From positions 74,152,001-74,216,000 of the forward strand of contig OZ024746.1 of the NCBI GenBank assembly GCA_964016885.1: a stretch of 64,000 nt of DNA, read 5' to 3'. The stretch is from Eledone cirrhosa. Its lineage: Eukaryota. Shown here in pieces: positions 44,148 to 60,733 of this stretch. The notes beneath the pieces are model-generated. The model ran no database searches. It was not told the origin of the DNA and worked only from the letters and a program-made list of their open reading frames with translations. The translations under genes were made by a program, and so were the position numbers. Positions within the stretch are counted from its first letter, which is position 1. Each line of letters begins with the position of its first letter.

Positions 44148-44693
44148 CGTTTCTGAATTTGTTTAGCAAGATTCTTTATCTTAAAACGTGTGTTGAAACC
44201 GATATTTTATACTTTGGGAGGGTCATGTTGCCAATAAGAAACACACGCACCAGTTGCTTTCACTTCAATTTATTATAATAAATTTATAAATTTAGGAATT
44301 TATAAATTTCCGGTTGGTTGGTTGGTTCCACAACCAAATGATTGTTTATATATTGTCAAAGTTCTTTCGTCACACATTCAGTGACCTCTTCAGTGACTGG
44401 TGATTCTTTTCTTTGTTTTTGTGCTTCTTCTTTGTTTTTTTAACAATAAAACCAGATGGCGTAGGAAAGAAAAAAGGAGAGGCACAAAAACAAAGAAAAG
44501 AATCCCCAGTCACTGAAGAGGTCACAGAATGTGTGACGAAAGAACTTTGACAATATATAAACAATCATCTGGTTGTGGAACCAACCAACCAACCGGAAAT
44601 TTTTAAATTCCTAAATGTATAAATTTATTATAATAAAAGTGAAAGCAACTGGTGCGTGTGTTTCTTATTGGCAACATGACCCTCCCAAAGTAT

Positions 44694-44700
<7 letters not shown>
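44145..44700. mobile_element. Family D head-to-head dimer with two HHRs (44355-44397 -, 44509-44551 +)
   Basis: ~220-bp inverted arms; gtca-CTGAAGA-g-gtcaca gaatg tgtgac-GAAA-gaac-TT-tgac; (AT)n on both sides. Confidence 0.9.
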
Positions 44701-44757
<57 letters not shown>

Positions 44758-44759
<2 letters not shown>

Positions 44760-45012
44760 CGAAGGAAATGTGGTAAGGAACCAGGTGGACCATAACGCAC
44801 CAAAGTACTCAATACTTAGTGTAGTAGAGTGGGTAATAAGAACGAGTAGGACCCCGACGGCTGAACTCAAGCCGTTTCGACGGCTAATTCTGGACTGGGT
44901 CCAATCCTGGACCCAGTCCAGAATTAGCCGTCGAAACGGCTTGAGCTCCTGGACCCAGTCCAGAATTAGCCGTCGAAACGGCTTGAGCTCAGCCGTCGGG
45001 GTCCTACTCGTT

Positions 45013-45014
<2 letters not shown>
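44758..45014 (-). mobile_element. Family F palindromic unit with internal ~41-bp duplication
   Basis: Axis ggactgggtcca-atcc-tggacccagtcc; cctggacccagtccagaattagccgtcgaaacggcttgagct occurs twice. Confidence 0.85.
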
Positions 45015-45067
<53 letters not shown>

Positions 45068-45463
45068 TCACAGAAATATTCATACACAAACATATCCTCA
45101 TGTATACATATAAGTTCTCAGACTGTGAGAGATGGAAGTGCCTTTGTTATTGTGTTTACGTAAATATGTGTATGGGTATGTGTGATTTTATTGATATTTA
45201 TTTAGATTCAGTTTTTAGGATGACAACACGATAAGAGCAACTGCTATGGTTACTAAGTTCCTTACAAATGCTTGTAATTCTTGTAATGCTGTCATCTGTT
45301 AATATTCCACTTTTGCAAAGATGTGCAATCTTAGCATGAATTGAATTACTTATCAAAGTAAGGATCGTAATATCTTGGTATAGCATAACAACAGCAAACA
45401 CCGCTGCATATGCTTACGGAATCAACAATAAAAGAATTGAAATTATTACATGTATACACCCTC

Positions 45464-45611
<148 letters not shown>

Positions 45612-46369
45612 GGAGTAAATGACAAAAGTATTATGACTACTAATAAAACCTCTAAGAATACAATAGAGGGAGGCTTTCATTCACCAGTTACTTTAAAAGA
45701 TAGACGTTATCTATTGCGAAGGAACTGAAAGCCAAGAAAAATTTGAATATTTCCCTTAATCTTTTAGTGTCTAATGGCTTCCCATGTAGATTTATCTCTT
45801 TTCAAGAACCCACTTGGTTCAAATCGTAAGCTTTTTCTTCAGCTAAAAATGAGTAGAAATTTATATATTAATTCAGGACAAAGGAAAGTGGTTTATTTTA
45901 CCTCTTTAATTCGCATTTTTATTCGTTTGTTTGTGGCATTCTACTTATAAATGTTTTAGAAAATCATAAGTGATATCGTGTATTTGATTTCTATATTATG
46001 AAGGAGGCACATAGAAAATAATTCACTGTAACTACACACACACACACACTTACTATCACACACATATTTAAAGCCTTGCTTTGCATTGAGCCTTCTTGAC
46101 TGGTTAGAAGCTATTAATATTAATCACAAACTAAACCGTATCTGAAATAGCTGCTCTTGTTTGCATGCTGCGCGTTCGTCAGTGACGTAATCAATCAAAT
46201 GATGAAAATGTATGCTCAAAATAGGGTATATTAGAAAATCTCTGTTATGCTTAATATAGTTCTAAACATAGTGTATACGCTTTTAATTTAATTACCAATA
46301 TTTAAAGTCTTCTGTTATTTCCTCAGTATAGAAAAATACAGAATGCTTTTACATGTTTTTAGGCTTATT

Positions 46370-47434
46370 GACCAGTATTCAGGTGACAGGTACGCTATAT
46401 ATAAACGTGGTTGGCCGAAGAAATATGTGACCTGGTGACCATTATTCAGGCAACAGGTAAGCTATATATAAACGTGGTTGGCCGAAGAAATATGTGATCT
46501 GTTAACCATTATTTAGGCGACAGATAAGCATATATAAATATGGTTGACCTAAGAAAAAGTTGACCCGATGACCATTATTCAGGCGCAGGTAAGCTATATA
46601 TAAATCCTGTTGGCCTAAGAAATATGTGACCTGGTTAACATTATTCAGGTGACAGGTATGCTATATATAAACGTGGTTGGCCGAACAAATATGTGACCTG
46701 GTGACCATTATTCAGGCGACAGGTAAGCTATATATAAACGTGGTTGGCCGAAGAAATATGTGACCTGGTGACCATTATTCAGGCGACAGGTAAGCTATAT
46801 ATAAACGTGGATGGCCGAAGAAATATGTGACCTGGTGACCATTATTCAGGCGACAGGTAAGCTATATATAAACGTGGTTGGCCGAAGAAATATGTGACCT
46901 GGTGACCATTATTCAGGCGACAGGTAAGCTATATATAAACGTGGATGGCCGAAGAAATATGTGACCTGGTGACCATTATTCAGGCGACAGGTAAGCTATA
47001 TATAAACGTGGTTGGCCGAAGAAATGTGTGACCTGGTGACCATTATTCAGGCGACAGGTAAGCTATATATAAACGTGGATGGCCGAAGAAATATGTGACC
47101 TGGTGACCATTATTCAGGCGACAGGTAAGCTATATATAAACGTGGTTGGCCGAAGAAATATGTGACCTGGTGACCATTATTCAGGCGACAGGTAAGCTAT
47201 ATATAAACGTGGTTGGCCGAAGAAATATGTGACCTGGTGACCATTATTCAGGCGACAGGTAAGCTATATATAAACGTGGTTGGCCGAAGAAATATGTGAC
47301 CTGGTGACCATTATTCAGGCGACAGGTAAGCTATATATAAATGTGGATGGCCGAAGAAATATGTGACCTGGTGACCATTATTCAGGCGACAGGTAAGCTA
47401 TATATAAACGTGGTTGGCCGAAGAAATGTGTGAC
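46370..47434. repeat. 67-bp minisatellite, about 16 copies
   Basis: Unit gaccattattcaggcgacaggtaagctatatataaacgtggttggccgaagaaatatgtgacctggt. Confidence 0.97.
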
Positions 47435-47805
47435 TTGCCAATACACGCATCCCAATATTCATTCTACTGAAGAAGCATGTCTGTATTGCGTTTCCGAAAA
47501 TGCTCTCAGCCCCACCGTCATAGCCACACGATGTGCTCTTGGCTCTCAAAACGAGAGACTTTTTGAGGAATTTTAAATTTTTCGGAAAACATCAGATGTC
47601 AAAACCTACGATCGTAGTGTTGTGGATTCAATTCCTGGACCGGGATGTATGTTGTGTTCTTAAGCAAAACTCTTCCTTTCACGTTGCTCCATTTTATGCA
47701 GCAAAAACGAGTAGCAGCAGGTGTTAGAAGCTCCAGGTTTGGGACAGACTCCAGATTTTAGAGAAGTCCAAAGACGTCTAGAATAGAGAATGGGTGGCCT
47801 GGAGA

Positions 47806-47930
47806 ATTCTTCTTCTTCTTTGCCCACTTCGTAGAGGTAAAGTCCTGAAAAACTCCTTCCAGCGTGTCCTGTCAGAAGCAACCGTCTACAACTGATCTGG
47901 CTGAATCACATAAGGGCGCCACTAAGCAAT
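47806..47930 (-). mobile_element. RTE 3'-end fragment with (GAA)n tail
   Basis: cttccagcgtgtcctgtcagaagcaaccgtc resembles 60054-60085. Confidence 0.55.
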
Positions 47931-48112
47931 TCAATAGACTTGATGATCGAGTAAAAAAGCTAAACATGGAAGGTGCCTTTATATACCCCTTATTCTGATG
48001 TTCTCAGGCTGTTTATTTTAACTCATATGCTATCAGTCCTGTTAAGAGACCAACACCAAATACCAGCCCGCAGATCGCGGTAATTTCTATGCAGGTTATA
48101 CTTGGAGTAATA

Positions 48113-48434
48113 ATAGTTAAAGAATGAAGAGTAACATGGTTGGCTGCACAATAAGGGCTTTATTTAAAGTACTGACAATTGTTTTGTTGATCAGGTGATT
48201 CTAGAGTTCGCTAATCGCTTGAGGTTGCGTCAATCGATCTCCAATACATTGTTTACCACCTGTCAACACATCAGAGTAGGAAGACAGGAGGTAAACAAAG
48301 TATTGGAGATCGATTGACGCAACCTCAGTCGATTAGCGAACTCTAGACACACCTGATCAACAAAACAATTGTCAGTACTTTAAATAAAGCCGTTATTGTA
48401 CAGCCAACCATGTTACTCTTCTTTCTTTAACTAT
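48113..48434. mobile_element. Foldback with degenerate long-stem-II hammerhead (48170-48278 -)
   Basis: ~150-bp inverted arms. Minus strand: tact-CTGATG(T)-gttgacaggtg...cacctgatcaac-(A)AAAC-aatt-GTC-agta, then AATAAA. Confidence 0.7.
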
Positions 48435-48442
48435 ATATATAT

Positions 48443-48657
48443 AGTAATAATAATAAATTTGAAGACTAAAATCCAAAGAGGGCTCGATAAGGATAAATAT
48501 ATATCAAATATATAAGAACCGTAGAGCAAATATTTATTAAAATAACAGATTAAAGTTTAAGCAAAGAATCGCTGCTTTCACCCTTAACGGGATCTTCTGA
48601 AACTAACAAAGTCAATCTGTAAACGATACTTTGCTTAAACTTTAATCTGTTATTTTA

Positions 48658-48662
<5 letters not shown>
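48443..48662 (-). mobile_element. Family G unit with HHR-like motif at 48554-48604 and partial foldback
   Basis: Minus strand: agttt-CAGAAGA-tccc gttaa gggt-GAAA-gca gcgattctt tgc-TT-aaact. Confidence 0.75.
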
Positions 48663-48696
<34 letters not shown>

Positions 48697-49502
48697 CTGT
48701 ATATGAATTATGAATTATATTTCGTCTTTCATTTTCCTTGTGATTTGTCTGTAAGGGCGTCTGGTGTTTTCTATCAGTATCGAACGCTTAGCAGCATAGT
48801 AGTTGCCTTTGTCGTTTAGATGACGAAATACAGAAATTGTTAGGTATATCTGGCTGATTATAACGTAGAAAATGAGGAATTGTATGAAGTCGGAACAAGA
48901 GTTGAAACGAAAGCTGAGGAAATGATGTAAACAGGAGAAAACAAAAGAAGGTTGAATCATATGTTATTATATTGTTGTTGATGTCTATTATGTAATTCCA
49001 GCTCCAAGGATCACTCGGATAAGAGAAAAAAAATCAAAGAAAATCTCTAAATCTTCTTAGATTTTATTCTTATTAAAAAAAAAATAGAAAAAAATAACAT
49101 AAATTATGAGCAAATTTATAAAAATAATTGGATGCAAATTAAATAAATGAATAAATAAATAAAAAAAAAAATGTATAAATACACGAGTTATTTTTTTGTT
49201 TTCCATTGTAATGGGGGAAAGAAGTAAAAAATGTCGGAACTAAATAAGAATAAAAAATCAAAAAATATTTCAAGCATAATACGTAAAACATTTGACTTAA
49301 AAATTCTAATAGGAAGGTAAAAACTAAGTAAAATTCAATAAGCTACAATTGGTTTAAGAGAATTTAATCTTTTAGAGCTTATATCTTTAGCAATCAGAAG
49401 TGCATCAACACTGAACGAAAACAAGTATATTTACACACGCACATACATACATATATATATGTGTGTGTAATCTGCGTATATATATATATGTATATATATA
49501 TA

Positions 49503-49548
<46 letters not shown>

Positions 49549-49615
49549 AAAAATATTCTCATAATCAAAATATATATATATAAGTTAAAACAATGAAATA
49601 AAAAAATCAAGTCAT

Positions 49616-49662
<47 letters not shown>

Positions 49663-49663
49663 T

Positions 49664-49697
<34 letters not shown>

Positions 49698-49729
49698 AGT
49701 TAAAACAATGAAATAAAAAATCAAGTCAT

Positions 49730-49801
<72 letters not shown>

Positions 49802-49924
49802 TATATACACATATATACCGCGTGTCTGTCTACCTGAGTGTGTATGTAACATGATAAAGAAGAAAGTAAAAATAATTGAAACGTTGTCACAAGAAAACAA
49901 TAAGAAGGAATGCATATCTTAATA

Positions 49925-50085
49925 TTAATGATTTCTACGTTTGGTACAGGGCCAGCAATTAGAGGTGATTTGATTTAAATCAACCCCAGATTTTGACTGG
50001 TGCTTTTCTTTATCGACCTCAGAAGAAGGAAAAGCAAAGATAAGCTCGGCGGGATTTGAACGGAGAATGTAAAGAGCCAGAACAA
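49925..50085 (-). mobile_element. Diverged SINE family 1 relative
   Basis: tttatcgacctcagaagaagga..agcaaag...ctcggcgggatttgaac. Confidence 0.65.
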
Positions 50086-50089
50086 ATGC

Positions 50090-50400
50090 CGCTTCTCTGT
50101 CATGTTTGTAGTAGAGTTTATCACAAACCGGCAGTGCCCCCGGTAGCACAGACAAGAGAGGGATTTCCTGGAGTTATACAGAGTCTCCGACTAGAAAGTC
50201 TTCCAGAACTGGTGGGTGAGTTCGACTTCGTCGATGCCCAGAGCCTCTCCGAGTGCGTCGTCGCACATGCCCACCACTAACCCTCTGCAGAATTTCAAAA
50301 GTCGAATTTCCACTGACCGCATTGCCTGCCTGATAGGGTAGTGGGCGCCTACCAATATTCCAGATGTTAGGCGCCCAGTCTTGGTCTCTTCTTGTCCCAG
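50090..50400 (-). mobile_element. L1/Tx1 ORF2 C-terminal fragment (decayed)
   Basis: FCRGLVVGMCDDALGEALGIDEVEL...KTF*...NSRKSL...CY(R)GALPVCDKL resembles the HGALP/zf-RVT region of L1/Tx1 elements. Confidence 0.65.
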
Positions 50401-51011
50401 GACTGCAGCTCAATAGACGAGTGGATAGAATATATAGATAAGATATCACCCAGTGAAGCAATATTACATATTAAATTTAAGTGAGAAAAACTCTATATAT
50501 GGGAGTATAAGCTAGACAGACAAAAATATATTTTAGTCAGTTTCATATATATAAAAATCTCCCTACCATGGTTTAGTTTGCGGAAGAAATTTATTGGAAT
50601 TACCAATAATTAAAGGATCCGCAATACTCTCCAGTAGAGTTTAATTCTTCAAAACTAAGAGACTATTGACCAAGAAATTATACATACCGATTCATTTACT
50701 TCTCTGGGTGATATCGATCTATATATTTTATCCACTCATTGAGATGTTAAAGTATTAGGGACCTTTAATTCATATTAAACTACTCCTTAATTTGCTATTT
50801 CTAGCGTAATTATAAGCCTGTCACATAGTCCTAATATGTTATAGTATGAGGTATGTAATCATTTAATATTTCAACAACATAAAGATGCTTATACTCCTCC
50901 AACGCATATATAAAGACACACACATAAACACACACATATATACAAAGACACACACATACACACACATGCGCGAGCGCACACACACATGCACATATGCGCG
51001 CACACACACAC

Positions 51012-51076
<65 letters not shown>

Positions 51077-52519
51077 ATATATAACACGCGTGAGGTAGTA
51101 GTTAAGGTTTCTAATGAAATTAATGCTGTGAATTTCCGGCGATGCGTTTTGTCTTCGAACAAGACTCTTTATCTCATTGTTCCAGGTCACTCAACTAAAA
51201 TATATTAGTTTCAACCCTAATACAAATGGTCAGCATTGCCACACACCCCTAACGTTCAATACTTTTAAGAATGACGTTAAGAGACACGAGATAATGGAAT
51301 GTTCAACTACATCAGGAGCAGAATATTTATCGTCAGATCCAACGGAGGTTCAACATATTGATACAGGGAAGTAACTGCTAATAAAACTTAACGTGTCAAG
51401 CATGCAAATGGAAATAAAAACGTTGCTGAACTTATCCTAACTACACCAATGACAAGATTAAAAATGGTAATTGGCTTAGGTAATAAGGAGGGGGAAGGAA
51501 AATATGCTCTTCAACAGAGTCCGTGTTAACTTCCGATATATTTGATTTTTATAAAACCTCAACGAGGAGAAAATATGCATTGTGACAAATCAACATAGAT
51601 CCTGTTTGGCAGAATCTTTAAAGCATTGGATACAATGCATTTGGTTTTTGTTTTACCTCTTTACGTTCTGAGATTAAAGTTTGTCGACGTCAACTTTACC
51701 TTTTGTATCGAGATTGATATGGTTTACGATACTTATTTGGCAAACCTGAGACTTTGTACCTATGTAAGAAATAATTATCTTAATGAGATTTATATTGTTT
51801 TTATGTTTTGACAGATTACATTCCTAGTGTGTTGTTGCATCCCAGTATGATTCCAGTGTCGTTTTTTACTATCGATGCAGTAGTTTTAAATTGATATGAG
51901 TGTTGTTGATGTCTCTTCGCAGAGTGGACTTGATCTCACTGACCAAAGCTGTTCCAGCCATGCTGATATTATATTCTCCTTTTCAGGCAGAGTATTTAAT
52001 AACAATTCTCTACTATCACCATTCTTTACATCACTGGGATAATAATTCGCCTGCTGTTTCTAGGTGAAGGGTTTGTCGGTTCTATTCATTGTTAGTAACA
52101 TTGTTGTATTGCAGTCATCGCTTGTGTTACAGTTGATGACATTTTTCCTGTTGATGTGGATATGCCTAATACATTCGATGTTGATATTGTGTATGTTGAC
52201 GTATGTATCATTAATGTAGATGATGCGACCATTGTTCGTATTACTAGTTGGATTCTTGATGGCATTGTTGTTCATTGTAGTTCAATTGATTTTAAATTTC
52301 ATTAGTATGTGTGTGTGTGTGTGTGAGTGTGTGTGTGTGAGTGTATGTGTATGTGTGTTTATATGATCTATATTTACTACTCAATGTGTAAGGGTTAGTC
52401 CGACACGTCATTATGGCGGACAGAATGCAGGAGACGGTGGCCCAGTGGATGGGGATGGAAACACGCTGTAACAGCCAATCCAACATGCGGAGCTCGACTC
52501 TGGAGTGTTAATCATTAGA

Positions 52520-52807
52520 TGATGAGGATGACTAAGATGCTGCTTCTTGTGATGATGATGACAATGTTTATGATGAGGTAAGCTTCGTCATTCTGGTAAT
52601 ACTGATGATGTTGATGTTGATGTTGATGATGATAATGACGATGATGACGATATTGATGTTAATGATGGTGGTGATGATGGCGACGACGATGATGATGATG
52701 ATGACGACGATGATGATGTTAATGATGGTGGTGATGATGGCGACGATGACGATGATGATGATGATGATGACGATGATGATGTTAATGATGGTGGTGATGA
52801 TGAGGAC

Positions 52808-52838
<31 letters not shown>

Positions 52839-53647
52839 TTAATGATGGTGGTGATGATGAGGACGACGACGATGATGATGATGACGATGATGATGTTAAT
52901 GATGGTGGTGATGATGGCGACGATGACGATGATGATGATGATGATGACGACGATGATGTTAATGATGGTGATGATGAGGACGACGACGATGATGATGATG
53001 ATGATGATGATGGTGGTGATGATGGCGACAACGACGATGATGATGATGATGATGGCGATGATGATGTTAATGATGGTGGTGATGATGGCGAACGACGATG
53101 ATGATGATGATGATGATGACGATGATGATGACGATGATGACGATATTGATGTTAATGATGATGATAATTGGTGATGATGCCGACGATGATGATGATGATG
53201 ATGACGATGATGATGTTAATGATGGTGGTGATGATGGCGACGGCGGTGATGATGATGATGTTGATGGTGATGGTGGTGATGATGGTGATGGTGGTGGTGA
53301 TGATGACGACGACGGTGATGATGATGATGTTGATGGTGATGGTGGTGATGATGGTGATGGTGGTGATGATGATGACGACGGTGATGATGATGATGATGAC
53401 GATGGTGTTAATGATGGTGGTGATGATGGTGATTACATTGATAATGATACGGATGGCAACGTCACTTCTGTGTGTTCATGTTGACATACATGTTGACATA
53501 CATGTTGACATACATGTTGACATACATGTTGACATACATGTTGACATACATGTTGACATACATGTTGACATACATGTTGACGTCAGGCTGTTGTGATTTG
53601 ACACTGATGTTGATTGTAATGTTGATAATATCAAACATGTTCTCTTT

Positions 53648-53678
<31 letters not shown>

Positions 53679-53750
53679 GGAGGATGATGATGAGGAGGAG
53701 GATGGTGATGATGATGATGATGATGAGGAGGAGGAGGAGGACGATGGTGG

Positions 53751-53783
<33 letters not shown>

Positions 53784-53873
53784 GGAGGATGGTGATGATG
53801 ATGATGATGATGAGGAGGAGGAGGATGGTGATGATGATGATGAGGAGGAGGAGGAGGAGGAGGACGATGGTGG

Positions 53874-53909
<36 letters not shown>

Positions 53910-54040
53910 CAACAACGACGACCACGATAATACTGATGATGATGGACGATGAGGATGATGATGATGATGGTGATGGTGATGGTGATGATGATGGTGATGA
54001 TGATGGTGATGTCGAGGTTTTGATGAGGATGACGAAGATT

Positions 54041-54080
<40 letters not shown>

Positions 54081-54366
54081 GGATGATGATGAGGATGATG
54101 ATGATGATGGTGATGAGGATGATGATGAGGATGGTGATGATGATGATGTCGAGGTTTTGATGATGATGACGAAAAGATTATGATGTTTATGATGCTGGTG
54201 AATAAATACGATGACAATGAAGATGATTATGCTGAAAATGGTGATAATGGAACTGAAGAGATGTTGACAATGATGTTGATGATGATGATGATGATGATGA
54301 TGGTGATGGTGGTGGTGGTGATGGTGATGATGATGATGATGATGATGGTGATGGCGGTGGTAATGG

Positions 54367-54402
<36 letters not shown>

Positions 54403-54525
54403 GGATGATGATGAAGATTATGATGTTTATGATGTTGGTGAATAAATATGATGACAATGAAGATGGAACTGAAGAGATGTTTGGGTGATGTTGACAAAGA
54501 TGATGATGACGATGATGATGATGAC

Positions 54526-54571
<46 letters not shown>

Positions 54572-54984
54572 CTGAAGATGTTGTGCATCATATTGATAAT
54601 AATGCCATCGTGAACATTGGTGATACGGATCATGCCAAAAATGTTTCCAATGCTGAAGTGTGTGTTTACGTTAATGATGATGTAATGTTGATGTGTGATA
54701 AGGATGGTGGTGTTATTGATATTGAAGCTGATAGATGTATTGATGTTGTTCATGTCAATCATATTACTCTTGCTACTGCTGCTGCTGCTGCTGCTGTTGC
54801 TGCTGCTACTGCTGCTGCTGCTGCTGCTGCAGAGCGTGATGTTCATGAAGGTAGCTAAGATGAAGACTTGTGACACCGATGACGATCACCATGCTAAATG
54901 GTGGCGATGATGATGATGATGTTCATAAACGAGATGGTGACTATAATGTCGATGGTGTTAAGAACGATGGCGATTATAATAGTA

Positions 54985-55017
<33 letters not shown>

Positions 55018-55063
55018 GTGGTGATGATGATGATATTTTTGTTGATGATGATGATGATGTTGT

Positions 55064-55116
<53 letters not shown>

Positions 55117-55400
55117 TTGATGTTGTTGTTGATGATGATGGTGATGATGATAATGATGATGATGATGATGATGATGATAAAGATGAGAATGGTAATGAGG
55201 ATGATGAAAATGATGATGATGATTTTTTGCAATGGAAAAAGCAAAAAAAAAGGTGATGAGATGCTAAGATCAACATCATCATCATCATTATCATCATCAT
55301 CATCATCACCATCGCTTACATTATCATAATGATGATGTTTGATGCGTGGTTTGGTGCTACTGCTGATTGTTGTTGTTGTAGGTATTGTTGTTGTTGATGT
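52520..55400. repeat. ~3-kb (GAT)n-based compound trinucleotide/minisatellite field
   Basis: GAT/GAC/GGT/GAG runs; recurring gttaatgatggtggtgatgatggcgacg; local duplication 54170-54270 vs 54410-54495; (GCT)n at 54771-54829. Confidence 0.95.
53477..53581. repeat. 12-bp tandem repeat (catgttgacata), about 8.75 copies
   Basis: Perfect tandem array. Confidence 0.97.
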
Positions 55401-55469
55401 TACTATTGTTAGTAGTTCTATCACCTACACATGATAATGTTAATTGTCACTAGATTTATGCCGATATTT

Positions 55470-59400
<3,931 letters not shown>

Positions 59401-59940
59401 ATATAGGAATAAAGATAAAATATATTTTTTTGATAAATTTATTTTTCTTATCTTATTTTGCATTCTCCAAACACATCGTTATTGTTTATTGGATTGTGAT
59501 TTTGATTGTCGGAACAAAAACAAAAACAACATCTGCAACACTATTAGCCAAATGATTATAATATTCTTGATGATAACAGTAATAGTATCTCTAATCAGAA
59601 GTGGTGACATGCTTTGCAGTAGGAGAGGATTAATATAACTAAATCTATCAATTATCACTGTTGCATTTTTTTGTATTGCTGTGAGTTTCTAAGTGTGTGT
59701 TTTTTTATAAGAACTATGAGCTCCAGGTTTTAAGTATTCCGGAATAATTACAGACTGCGGCACACACAGACAGACAGGCACACACACACATTCACACATA
59801 GGTGATTGCATTTCAAGGTCTATTATCACTATGTTACCATGGAACTCACAGATATAAGAACCACTGATAAGTCATATGATTTTCATACATATATGCACAC
59901 ACAATTACATGAAGCAAAACCTCATCTATGTATCAGTATA

Positions 59941-60733
59941 TTTCTTCTTCTTCTTCTTCTTCTTCTTCTTCTTCTTCTTCTTCTTCTTCTTCTTCTTGCT
60001 CTTCATCTACTTGCCCCTGGGAGTATCGTGGGTACAGAGTCTTCAATCATGCCTTCCATCCGGTCCTGTCAGAAGTAATCGTCTTCAATTGATTTGGTTC
60101 GATCCTCAAATAAGGTCATCTGGGTATCTTGCCACTTGGTTTTGCCCGTAAAATCTGTTCACCCGTTCTTTCTTGAAACATTCTACATACATGTCCGTTA
60201 TATCGGTGTTGAGATCTCTCAAATCGGAGAAGTAGCGGCTCTACGCGGAGCGGGTTGGTGATGTCTAAGCTACGCACTCTATCGAGTAATGTAACATTTA
60301 AAGACCCTCCTTCGTGGGAATCTCATTTCGGGTACTTGCATTTGCGATCTTATCCTTTCAGTCAATACCGATTCCCAAGATTCGTGATTAAAGGTTAGGG
60401 TTGGCAATTATACCGAATTGAGCATAGCAATTTGGCTTTTACAAATACCTCCCGATGACCGAATGCTGAAGCTGGTGCATTACTGCACCATCTCCTGTAA
60501 TTCTTGCAATTCAGCATCCTACCCTGTATCTCTCCTGAATACAGTCCCGAGTTACTCGAAATTCTTAATCTGCTTCAGTGGAATTCCATGAGTATGTAAA
60601 GTGCAATGCGCTGGCGTCTTTGAGAGATCGAGCCTCTTAGTCTTCTCAGTACTGATTTTTATTCCTACCGTGCTACACCCTGTAGCAAAACTATCAATTT
60701 CATGTCGGAGATCACCTTGTGATGAGTTAAGTT
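59941..60733 (-). mobile_element. RTE-clade LINE 3' portion with (GAA)n tail
   Basis: LNSSQGDLRHEIDSFATGC..VGIKISTEKT...CTLHTHGIPLKQIKNFE*LG...LRVEPLLLRFERSQ..Y.GHVCRM...DRTGWK; same family as 15400; (TTC)n at 59941-59997. Confidence 0.85.

Noticed and set aside
46370-47434. CRISPR-like periodic array
   Set aside because: Units are near-identical along their full length with no unique spacers, the context is eukaryotic, and there are no cas genes.
53462-55424. Poly-His/Met/Ser/Ile/Asp ORFs
   Set aside because: Translations of (GAT)n repeats that are open in several frames on both strands.
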